A DNA stretch of 64,000 nucleotides from Marinosulfonomonas sp. GTDB lineage: Bacteria > Pseudomonadota > Alphaproteobacteria > Rhodobacterales > Rhodobacteraceae. The translations under genes and the position numbers were made by a program. A model generated the notes under the pieces. It worked only from the letters and a program-made list of their open reading frames with translations, ran no database searches and was not told the origin of the DNA. Positions 50,638 through 59,006 of the stretch are shown in pieces. Each line of letters opens with the position of its first letter. Positions within the stretch are counted from its first letter, which is position 1. The stretch lies in the NCBI GenBank assembly GCA_033851955.1, contig JAWSVK010000018.1, forward strand, positions 1 through 64,000. The letters are read 5' to 3'.

Positions 50638-51002
50638 TGTCCCCTCATAAACTGACCTGCCATTGCGGCGCAGTTGAACTGGCCGTGGAATTAACCGACG
50701 GTCTTAACACCGCGCGCCGCTGCGACTGTTCCTTTTGCCGTCGTCGCGGGGCGATTGCCGTTTCCGCCCCGCTTGAGGGTGTCGAAGTTGTCAAAGGCAC
50801 TGACAAGCTGACGCTTTACACTTGGGGTACGGGTGCCGCCAAACATTATTTTTGTGCGATCTGTGGCAATTACACCCATCATCAACGCCGCTCTAATCCG
50901 AATGAATTTGGCGTCAATGTTGCGGGTATTGAAGGTGTTAATCCCAGCGATCTTGGCGATGTGCCATGGAGCGACGGCGTAAACCACCCTTCAGATAAGT
51001 AA
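50637..51002 (+). CDS. GFA (glutathione-dependent formaldehyde-activating / CENP-V) family protein
   Basis: Cys motif CHCGAV...CDCSFCRRRG...CAICG. Confidence 0.7.
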   Translation: MSPHKLTCHCGAVELAVELTDGLNTARRCDCSFCRRRGAIAVSAPLEGVEVVKGTDKLTLYTWGTGAAKHYFCAICGNYTHHQRRSNPNEFGVNVAGIEGVNPSDLGDVPWSDGVNHPSDK

Positions 51003-51230
51003 ATGATTTTAAATCATTATGTCATTTGGCATTGATTCATTTGTTGGCGTAGGCGTCAAGTTCGTCGTTGACCCAATGATTGGCTATGGCCGCACTCGCA
51101 GCAACCGGCGGCTATGTTGTGACGCAACAATTGGCCGGCGATTTTGGACTCCATTCAATCACCCTGAGTTGGCAATTCATCATATCGGTGATGGCGCTTC
51201 GGTGACGATTTAGCTGGTGCAGGGCTAGCC

Positions 51231-51292
51231 GCTCATCAGCCCTCGCGGGCTTTTTCGCTCCAACGAAGAGCGCCCGCACGGGAGCGATGAGT
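51231..51292. repeat. Copy 1 of a ~60-nt structured intergenic repeat (TAGCCGCTCATCAGCCCTCGCGGGCTTTTTCGCTCCAACGAAGAGCGCCCGCAC)
   Basis: Near-identical to the sequence at 61968-62025. Both lie between convergent genes. Confidence 0.45.
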
Positions 51293-51298
51293 GATCTG

Positions 51299-52087
51299 CT
51301 AGCTTTGGCGAATGACCTTGCTGAATTTATCAAAGATCGGCTCGTTCGAGCAAATCACGGCACCATCTTCCAAAATGTCGCCGCCCTTATTCAGCGGTTC
51401 AACCAGCCCACCGGCCTCGCGTACAATCACCAGCCCGGCCGCCAGATCCCACGAATGCAGGCTGCGCTCCCAAAATCCGTCATACCGGCCAGCCGCCACA
51501 TAGGCCAGATCCAGCGCCGCAGAACCAAAGCGCCGCACTCCGGCACATGTGGGCAATATCCGCGCCAAATCCTGTAAGGTTTCCGGCAAATCCGCCCGCC
51601 CGCCAAATGGCAGACCCGTGGCAAAGATCGACTCAATCATCCGTTGACGTCCCGAAACCCGCAACCGGCTTTCATTCAACCAAGCGCCTTGGCCCTTTTC
51701 GGCAAAGAACATCTCGTCCTTGGTCGGGTCATACACCACACCTGCGACAATCTCGCCCTTATGCTCCAGCCCGATCGACACCGCCCAATGCGGTAATCCG
51801 TGCAGATAATTCGTGGTGCCATCCAACGGATCAACGATCCAGCGGCGTGTCGGATCTTCGCCATCCACTGGTGCGGATTCTTCGCCAACCCAACCATACA
51901 TTGGACGCCCGCCCATCAGCTCTTCACGGATGATCGCCTCGGCCTCAATATCAGCCTTGGAAACAAAGTCACCTGCCCCCTTCACCGAAACCTGCAAGTT
52001 TTCAACTTCACGAAAATCTTTCGACAACGAGCGGCCCGCCGCACGCGCTGCTTTCATCATCAGGTTTACATTGGCGCTCATTGCCAT
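51299..52087 (-). CDS. Inositol monophosphatase family protein (SuhB-like)
   Basis: IMPase motifs WIVDPLDGT and the metal-binding pattern. Start at MAMSANVN with an AGGAG RBS. Confidence 0.8.
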   Translation of the reverse strand: MAMSANVNLMMKAARAAGRSLSKDFREVENLQVSVKGAGDFVSKADIEAEAIIREELMGGRPMYGWVGEESAPVDGEDPTRRWIVDPLDGTTNYLHGLPHWAVSIGLEHKGEIVAGVVYDPTKDEMFFAEKGQGAWLNESRLRVSGRQRMIESIFATGLPFGGRADLPETLQDLARILPTCAGVRRFGSAALDLAYVAAGRYDGFWERSLHSWDLAAGLVIVREAGGLVEPLNKGGDILEDGAVICSNEPIFDKFSKVIRQS

Positions 52088-52164
52088 GGGACAGACTCCT
52101 TTGGGATTACGAAGGCCGTATATACACCCCCGCGCCAAACGCACAAGTGCCCGTCATTAGCAGA

Positions 52165-53226
52165 TCAGTAAAATAATCTCGCCTCATGGGATTTGATCGT
52201 CGGGCGCACCGACCCGCCATAGCCTTCAATGCCCATGGCTCGCAATTCAGGAAACAGGTTTAGAATTTCCTCGCGTGCGGGTTGCGCCAAAGTCGTCCAA
52301 CCCTGCTGTCCGGGGTGAAAGCTCTCGGTTTCAATACCAGCCGAATAGACCAATTCATGTTGATCAAACAGGATGTGGAAATACTCCACCTCGCCGCCGA
52401 CCTCGCGGATGATTGTATCGCCATTCACCAGACTTTTGGCTGATGCCAAGACCTCGGGCTGCCCGAAAAACAACTCTGCCCGCCAACCGGACAACATTAC
52501 CCTGTGCTGTTGGGACACGCGCAACGGTTTGTCATTGCCCAATGCGCCCGTGTTGAACCGGATCGGTGCAAAATCGCCTTTTGCCGCAACCCGCCGATTG
52601 CCAACCCAGCGCAAAGGCTGAAAACCATTATCAACTGTCCGCAACAGATCGCCTGCCTTCAAACTTTCGATCGGGACCGGCCCGTTTTCGGTTTCTATTT
52701 CTGTGCCGCGCACAAAACAGGTGACAAAATTCCAATCCTGACGATCCGTCGTAAGGCCTGCATAGGTGTCACCGACCAGGCTGTCCAAAGTGATTGATCG
52801 GATCGGCCCCGCCTCGAGCGCAACTTGATCGGCACCGGCCGAAAATTCTGGCGCAAGGTAGGCGTTGCCATTCGCATCTTGATACAGAACGGCCGTATAG
52901 GTCGCCGTTGTGCCATCGATATAGGTGATTGTCGCGTTATAGATCGCCGTACTGTCAAACGTCTGCGCCGCTCCGCCGTCAATCGAAAACTGGTCTGCTG
53001 GCGAATTATTGGTGCTATATGACGTCCCAGAAACCGTCCCGACCGGTGCCATAGTGACAAAATCATTGACCAGCGCGTTACCTGCACTGCCAAATGTCAT
53101 CCCAACCAGCCCAGAGGCATTTTCAGCGGTGTCGTTACCCTCAATGGTGTCCATGTCCGCCAAGACACCAATACTAATTACACTAAACGTTGTTGGCACA
53201 AAGCTCACTCCTAAAGAAACAGCCAT
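52165..53226 (-). CDS. Hint (Hedgehog/intein) domain-containing protein
   Basis: C-terminal Hint module (CFVRGTEIETENGPVPIESLKAGDLLRTVDNGFQPLRWVG ...). N-terminal Thr/Ala/Gly-rich region. Confidence 0.7.
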   Translation of the reverse strand: MAVSLGVSFVPTTFSVISIGVLADMDTIEGNDTAENASGLVGMTFGSAGNALVNDFVTMAPVGTVSGTSYSTNNSPADQFSIDGGAAQTFDSTAIYNATITYIDGTTATYTAVLYQDANGNAYLAPEFSAGADQVALEAGPIRSITLDSLVGDTYAGLTTDRQDWNFVTCFVRGTEIETENGPVPIESLKAGDLLRTVDNGFQPLRWVGNRRVAAKGDFAPIRFNTGALGNDKPLRVSQQHRVMLSGWRAELFFGQPEVLASAKSLVNGDTIIREVGGEVEYFHILFDQHELVYSAGIETESFHPGQQGWTTLAQPAREEILNLFPELRAMGIEGYGGSVRPTIKSHEARLFY

Positions 53227-53333
53227 TTTCAGGCATTTCAGAAGGAATTAATTGCAGTTTTAGACAAAATTAGGGCGAATGTTCGGTATTGCTATTATTG
53301 CTATTACAGGGACGATATTTCCATTATTCAGCC

Positions 53334-54254
53334 CTAGGGTTTCGGGCCATCGCCGCGTTGCAATTTCACCGGAATCGTTCGCGCCAAACGCAGTAAATGC
53401 GCCATATACGGCTTGGTGGCTTCCTCCTCGCGGATCGCTGCAAACAGCCGCCGCGTCAACCCGTCCTTGGTCAAGGGCAGCGTGACATAATCAGAATTAT
53501 ATCGAACCTCGCGCACCACCCAGTCGGGCAATACCGCCACCCCGCGATTGGACGCCACCAACAGCAAAATCACCGCCGTCAATTCCACAGATCGGATCGC
53601 TGCAGGCTCCACTTTGGCAGGGCCCAACAATTCGGTGAAGGCATCCAGCTTGCTGCGCTCTACCGGATAAGCAATCAAAGTCTGGTCCTTGAAATCCGCC
53701 GCCTCAATATAGGTCTTTTTCGCCAGCGGGTTCTTGGCGGCAGCGACAAACACCGGTTCATAGTCAAACAATGGCATGAATTGGACATCAGGCAATTCTG
53801 CAGGATCAGATGAAATCACCAAATCTACCTGCTCTTTTTGCAATGCCGTCAGCGCGTCAAATGACAGACCCGCTTTGATATCCACGTCCACATCCGGCCA
53901 GGCTTTGCGAAATTCCTCTAAAACCGGAAACAACCACTCGAAACAAGCATGGCATTCAATTGCGATATGTAAACGTCCAGCGCTGCCCGCGTTCAGACCC
54001 GCGAAATCATCTTGGATAGCGTCAATTTCGGGCAACACCTTATTGGCCAACTCCAACAATCTAAAGCCCGCTGCCGACAGGCGTAAAGGCTTGGTACGAC
54101 GGGCAAAAAGGCTGATCTGGGTTTGGTCCTCCAACCCTTTAATCTGGTGGCTAAGCGCTGATTGGGTGATGTTCATCACTTCAGCCGCCCGCGCCAATCC
54201 ACCGGTCTCGTGGATCGCTCGGATTGTCCTAAGATGGCGCAATTCCAGATGCAT
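53334..54254 (-). CDS. LysR-family transcriptional regulator (MetR-like, divergent from metF)
   Basis: N-terminal LysR HTH (LRTIRAIHETGGLARAAEVMNITQSALSHQIKGLE). 306 aa. Confidence 0.7.
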   Translation of the reverse strand: MHLELRHLRTIRAIHETGGLARAAEVMNITQSALSHQIKGLEDQTQISLFARRTKPLRLSAAGFRLLELANKVLPEIDAIQDDFAGLNAGSAGRLHIAIECHACFEWLFPVLEEFRKAWPDVDVDIKAGLSFDALTALQKEQVDLVISSDPAELPDVQFMPLFDYEPVFVAAAKNPLAKKTYIEAADFKDQTLIAYPVERSKLDAFTELLGPAKVEPAAIRSVELTAVILLLVASNRGVAVLPDWVVREVRYNSDYVTLPLTKDGLTRRLFAAIREEEATKPYMAHLLRLARTIPVKLQRGDGPKP

Positions 54255-54346
54255 TTATCACAAACCTCATATTAATCTTGAGAATTATGAATTTGTTTCA
54301 CAATTCCGACTGTGCGACAAGGCCCAACAGCATAAAGGAAACACCC

Positions 54347-55213
54347 ATGTCCGCACCACGTATCAGCTTTGAATTCTTCCCGCCCCAATCGCTCGAGGCG
54401 TCGTTCCGGCTGTGGGACACGGTTCAGGTGTTGGCCCCGCTGAACCCAGAATTTGTATCCGTCACCTATGGCGCTGGCGGCACCACCCGCGAGCTGACCC
54501 ATGATGCTGTGGCCCTGATCCACAAACAATACGGGTTGAAAGTGGCCGCGCACTTAACTTGCGTGAACTCCACCCGCGACGAAATCCGCGCTATTGCCGA
54601 CAGCTATGCCGAAGCAGGCGTGACTGACATCGTGGCCCTGCGCGGCGACGCGCCCAAAGGTTCCACCACCTTCACCGCGGCTGACAACGGCTTTGCCAAT
54701 TCGATCGAATTGATCGAAACCCTGGCCGACAGTGGCAAATTCAACATCCGCGTTGGCGCCTACCCAGAACCACACCCCGAGGCCGCCAACACCGCCGCCG
54801 ACGTTGACTGGCTGAAACGCAAAATCGACGCGGGCGCCACCAGCGCCATCACCCAGTTTTTCTTTGAGGCCGACACGTTCTTTCGCTTTCGCGATGCATG
54901 CGAAAAAGCCGGCATTGATGCGCCGATCATTCCGGGCATCATGCCAATCACCAGCTGGGACGGATTGAAGAAATTCGCCTCAACCTGTGGCACCACCCTG
55001 CCCAAGTGGTTGGACGATGCGTTTATCACGGCCAAACGCGACGGGCGCACCGATCTGCTCTCGACGGCCGTTTGCACTGAACTTTGCTCGGACCTGATTG
55101 ATGGCGGGGTTGAGGATTTGCATTTTTACACCCTGAACCGCCCCGAACTGACCCGCGACGTGTGCCATGCCTTAGGTGTAACGCCTTGCGTGTCGTTGGA
55201 AAACGTCGCCTAG
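54347..55213 (+). CDS. metF: 5,10-methylenetetrahydrofolate reductase
   Basis: MSAPRISFEFFPP N-terminus typical of MetF. AAGGAAAC RBS. The track ORF extends upstream from an unlikely start. Confidence 0.85.
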   Translation: MSAPRISFEFFPPQSLEASFRLWDTVQVLAPLNPEFVSVTYGAGGTTRELTHDAVALIHKQYGLKVAAHLTCVNSTRDEIRAIADSYAEAGVTDIVALRGDAPKGSTTFTAADNGFANSIELIETLADSGKFNIRVGAYPEPHPEAANTAADVDWLKRKIDAGATSAITQFFFEADTFFRFRDACEKAGIDAPIIPGIMPITSWDGLKKFASTCGTTLPKWLDDAFITAKRDGRTDLLSTAVCTELCSDLIDGGVEDLHFYTLNRPELTRDVCHALGVTPCVSLENVA

Positions 55214-55258
55214 CCTACCGCGTTGACTATGAAATAATCGGGGCATAACGTCCGCGTT

Positions 55259-55756
55259 ATGATCAGACCAGAATACCTCAGTGATATCGCCGAAATAAAG
55301 TCCGTGGTGACGGCCGCCTTTGCCCCCGTTTCCTACAGCGATGGGTCAGAGCCTGCCATCGTCGACATGTTGCGCGACACAGATGCTTTGCCCCTGTCAC
55401 TGGTGGCCGAAAAAGACGGTCAAATCCTCGGTCATATCGCGTTTTCTGCCGTCACCATTGATGGCGAACTCGGCCAGTGGTTCGGGCTTGGCCCCGTCGC
55501 AGTGCTGCCCGACCATCAACGCAGTGGCATTGGCAGCGCCTTGATCAATGCGGGCCTGTCACAGCTCGCAAACTTGGGTGCACAGGGCTGCGTCCTGCTC
55601 GGCAACCCCGCCTATTACGAACGTTTCGGCTTTCGCAAAATCGACGGCCTCACCTTTGCCGACAGCCCCGCCGAATTCTTCCTTGCCCTATCGTTTACAG
55701 ATGACATCCCCAGCGGTGACGTCACCTATCACAAAGCGTTCTACCAAACCGCTTGA
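55259..55756 (+). CDS. GNAT-family N-acetyltransferase
   Basis: Acetyl-CoA-binding motif QRSGIGSALI. Confidence 0.7.
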   Translation: MIRPEYLSDIAEIKSVVTAAFAPVSYSDGSEPAIVDMLRDTDALPLSLVAEKDGQILGHIAFSAVTIDGELGQWFGLGPVAVLPDHQRSGIGSALINAGLSQLANLGAQGCVLLGNPAYYERFGFRKIDGLTFADSPAEFFLALSFTDDIPSGDVTYHKAFYQTA

Positions 55757-55789
55757 ACCTTTTATGAAACAGAAAAAGAAGCCCCAACC

Positions 55790-56269
55790 ATGACCATCGC
55801 TAAATCCCGTGAAGACCTGCCAACACTGGCCCAAGCCCTATCGATATCCGGCCTAGAATTTATGCAAAAGATGCTTAGCGGCGAATTTTCAGGCCCGCCA
55901 ATAGCGGGTGTGCTGAACTATCAAGGCCACAGTGTCGAGGCAGGCCGCATGGTGTTTCGCGGCACCCCGAAATTCGCCCACACCAATCCGATGGGCAGCG
56001 TGCATGGCGGCTGGTATGGCACCGTTCTGGACAGCTGTATGGCCTGTGCCGTGATGTCGATGCTGCCAAAGGGGGCGGTCTATACAACGCTCGAATATAA
56101 GGTCAACATCACGCGCGCCATCCCCGAAGGCATGGAGGTCGAGGCCATCGGCACCATCCAACACATGGGCCGCACAACTGGTGTTGCCAATGGCGAAATT
56201 CGCGGCGTAGAAGACGGCAAGCTCTACGCCACCGGCTCCACCACCTGCCTGATTATGACACCGCCCTAA
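55790..56269 (+). CDS. PaaI-family hotdog-fold thioesterase
   Basis: 159 aa. Hotdog-fold thioesterase pattern (GSVHGG...). Confidence 0.65.
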   Translation: MTIAKSREDLPTLAQALSISGLEFMQKMLSGEFSGPPIAGVLNYQGHSVEAGRMVFRGTPKFAHTNPMGSVHGGWYGTVLDSCMACAVMSMLPKGAVYTTLEYKVNITRAIPEGMEVEAIGTIQHMGRTTGVANGEIRGVEDGKLYATGSTTCLIMTPP

Positions 56270-57306
56270 AAACCGGCTTCGCGCCGGTGATTTTGGGCCG
56301 TGGGGTGTACCCGCTCGCTTTTGTCGCGGCCAATCACGCGGCGGCGGCGCCACAAAAACAACTTGGCCCAGCCTCGGAAATTGCCAACCGAGGGGGCCCG
56401 TACATCGCACCAATACCGATCGCGATAATTCGCCGGCAGGCGGACATCGCAGCCCTCCAGTTTTCCCAACATCCAGACCAGTGGAATATTCGCCAGCGGC
56501 CGCGCCGCCTCATAGCCCTCCAGATGCCCGCCAATATCTGAATGACATCCACGAAACCACACCTGCTCCATCACCCCTTGCCATTCAACGGGGCAATCCC
56601 ACATCACCGGCGCAAAGGCCAAACGGTTCTCATCCATCGCCAAGGCATGGTATCCATGCTGAATACTGTTGCCCAAATGGTGGCTATGAAAATCATGCCG
56701 TGGCTGGGTCCAGCGCCACAAAATAGGCCATTTCAACCCCAGTGCTTTGACCGTATCCCAAACCCCGACCATTTCAATCTCGACCCCCTCATGACAATGC
56801 GCTGCGGCAAAATCCCGCGCCGCATCGCCGTGTGGCGTGTGTTCATAATGGCGGTAAATCTGACGGATATTGCGCACCGTGGCATGGTCCTGCGTCAACA
56901 ACCCGACCCGATCAATCATCCCCGCCAGTGAACGCGCCGCATAGGCCCCGCGCGAAAACCCCAGCAAGAATATCCGGTCACCCTTGCGGTACCGGCTGGC
57001 CAAAAATCCGTAAGCCCGCCTGATTTGCCGATTGATGCCTGTGCCCGTGATCACATCCCAAGTCGAGCGCCACTGATGCCACTGCACCCCACTCTCATAC
57101 CGCAGCGATAGGTGCTGGGACGGGGCCATCTCGCATAATATCTTATAGGTCAGCCCCGCATTAGACTCGCGCCCCGCCTTAAGCGACGTCATGGTGCCAT
57201 CAAACACAATCACATGATCCACCCGCCCGCGTGTGCGCACCACAGGGGTCTGTGTGATCCGCGCCCCAAGCCCGAACCAACCGGTTATGCGATCCCTTAT
57301 CCGCAT
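56266..57306 (-). CDS. DUF2235-type alpha/beta hydrolase (Tle1-like lipase fold)
   Basis: GxSxG nucleophile elbow (GFSRGA). 346 aa. No signal peptide. Confidence 0.55.
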   Translation of the reverse strand: MRIRDRITGWFGLGARITQTPVVRTRGRVDHVIVFDGTMTSLKAGRESNAGLTYKILCEMAPSQHLSLRYESGVQWHQWRSTWDVITGTGINRQIRRAYGFLASRYRKGDRIFLLGFSRGAYAARSLAGMIDRVGLLTQDHATVRNIRQIYRHYEHTPHGDAARDFAAAHCHEGVEIEMVGVWDTVKALGLKWPILWRWTQPRHDFHSHHLGNSIQHGYHALAMDENRLAFAPVMWDCPVEWQGVMEQVWFRGCHSDIGGHLEGYEAARPLANIPLVWMLGKLEGCDVRLPANYRDRYWCDVRAPSVGNFRGWAKLFLWRRRRVIGRDKSERVHPTAQNHRREAGF

Positions 57307-57507
57307 GGAAAGATTTCACCGTAAAGCATTGCAATCATCTCTAAACTTTCTGCGCCCGTTTCAGCCTAGTCCATAAACATTACCGCGAGCCTATCGCAAT
57401 ACCTGCCCCCCCCGCGAGCCGCAAAACAATCGTGCCGTCACTTGCCAGTCACATGTTTTTCGGTTTTCCTAAAAACAACCTAAATGCCCACATAAGGTGC
57501 CCACGTT

Positions 57508-58119
57508 ATGGACCATGTTAAATTTACCCAAATGAAAGACGGCGACAAGGAAGATTACGATTTCTTAATCCACCATGAGATCGAGCACACCAAAGGCACC
57601 GCCGACCGCCTGCTGGCCGCTTTGGTTGATCTGGACGAAGGGCTATCCGGCTACCAAATCTCGCGCCTCGGCCATTCCTTGCAATCGGCCACGCGGGCAT
57701 GGCGCGACGGGGCAGACGTTGATTGGGTGGTCTCGGCCCTGTTGCACGACATCGGCGACATCTACGCGCCCTATAATCACGACGAATACGCCGCCTCAAT
57801 CCTGCGGCCCTTCGTGCGCGAGCAATGCGCGTGGGTGGTGGAAAAACACGGTGATTTCCAGCTGGCTTATTACGGCCAACACGTCGGCGCCAACCCCAAC
57901 AAACGCGACACCTTTGCGGGGCACATCTACTTTGAGGATTGCGTGAAATTCTGCGAACTCTGGGACCAAACCAGCTTTGATCCAGATTACGACACCCTGC
58001 CCATCACGTTCTTCACCGACATAACCCGCGCAGTCTTCGCCCGCACCCCCTACGACCCCGCCGTGATCCGCACAGGCGAACGGGTGCCGCTACAAACCGA
58101 CGCCACTGACCGGAGCTAG
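57508..58119 (+). CDS. HD-domain phosphohydrolase family protein
   Basis: H...HD motif (IHHEIEH ... LLHDIGD). Confidence 0.6.
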   Translation: MDHVKFTQMKDGDKEDYDFLIHHEIEHTKGTADRLLAALVDLDEGLSGYQISRLGHSLQSATRAWRDGADVDWVVSALLHDIGDIYAPYNHDEYAASILRPFVREQCAWVVEKHGDFQLAYYGQHVGANPNKRDTFAGHIYFEDCVKFCELWDQTSFDPDYDTLPITFFTDITRAVFARTPYDPAVIRTGERVPLQTDATDRS

Positions 58120-58174
58120 CTCCCGCTCACCGCTCCAGCGAAAGTCCGTTTCGAGTCCTTTTTTGACCGTCAGG

Positions 58175-58693
58175 TCACCCTTGAATTGAGTGACCACAAT
58201 GCCCTTCTTCAAAGTCCCAAATATCGTTGGCAATCCCATCTTGTAGCAAAGCAAAAACCTGTTGGATGTTAGCTTTCTTAGGGACATCAACTGAGTACAT
58301 ACTATATCCGAAATCGCCCTGTTCATATGTACATCCAACTGCTTCTAACGGTTTCCAGAAGTGTTCGAACTGTGTATCGTCGGTGCCTTCCTTGCATAAG
58401 AGTCGGTAGTTCGAACCACCTGATGAAGTTGCCTTTTTAACAAAAAACATCACGCCATCGAGCAACTTGGTTTTCACAACATCTTCAAAAGCTATGCCTT
58501 TTACAAAGAACGGCGAGTTTTCAATCCTGTAAAGATGCTCGTCCAACTTGGTGGCCCACATGCTTTCAACAGACTGACCGTGCCATGCGTCTGGTTCTAG
58601 TTCGAAAAATACTCGTTCCAAAAACCACTCCGATCTAACGTGCACTTTTTCGATTATATCGTTCTGCAGCTCAGATTGGAAGCCGCATATCAC
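58175..58693 (-). CDS. Hypothetical protein (172 aa) in a strongly low-GC (about 43%) segment
   Basis: Clean ORF with a compositional anomaly against the roughly 60% GC flanks. No recognisable motif. Confidence 0.45.
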   Translation of the reverse strand: MICGFQSELQNDIIEKVHVRSEWFLERVFFELEPDAWHGQSVESMWATKLDEHLYRIENSPFFVKGIAFEDVVKTKLLDGVMFFVKKATSSGGSNYRLLCKEGTDDTQFEHFWKPLEAVGCTYEQGDFGYSMYSVDVPKKANIQQVFALLQDGIANDIWDFEEGHCGHSIQG

Positions 58694-59006
58694 TGTCGTT
58701 GTGTGCGCATTGCTGACCTTAGGTACTCATTTTTTAGACTCTCCAAAACCGGCGAGCGATGGACCGCTGGGGCGGCAACCAGCCTTTCAATTGGGTGATT
58801 TATCCCTGCAAAGTTCGTCCACATTAACCAGCCATCACACACCTCTCAAATCGCCAGCCCGATGGGGCGGGCCGGCGATCGTCCGGCGGCTTCGCCTTGA
58901 TTCCGGACCTGTCAGCGTTTCGCATCCCAAAACCCGCCCTTCCCCTTGGATGCGTCTTTCGTTAGACCCGCGCCTAACCGATGATATCAGCTAAAGGCAG
59001 ACCAAA

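Noticed and set aside
38086-51002. The two GFA-family paralogs as a linked system
   Set aside because: They are 12 kb apart in unrelated operons. GFA domains are abundant stand-alone genes in Rhodobacteraceae.
54255-54346. SAM-II or other riboswitch upstream of metF
   Set aside because: The 92-nt leader lacks the conserved SAM-II pseudoknot motifs. A simple promoter plus RBS is sufficient.
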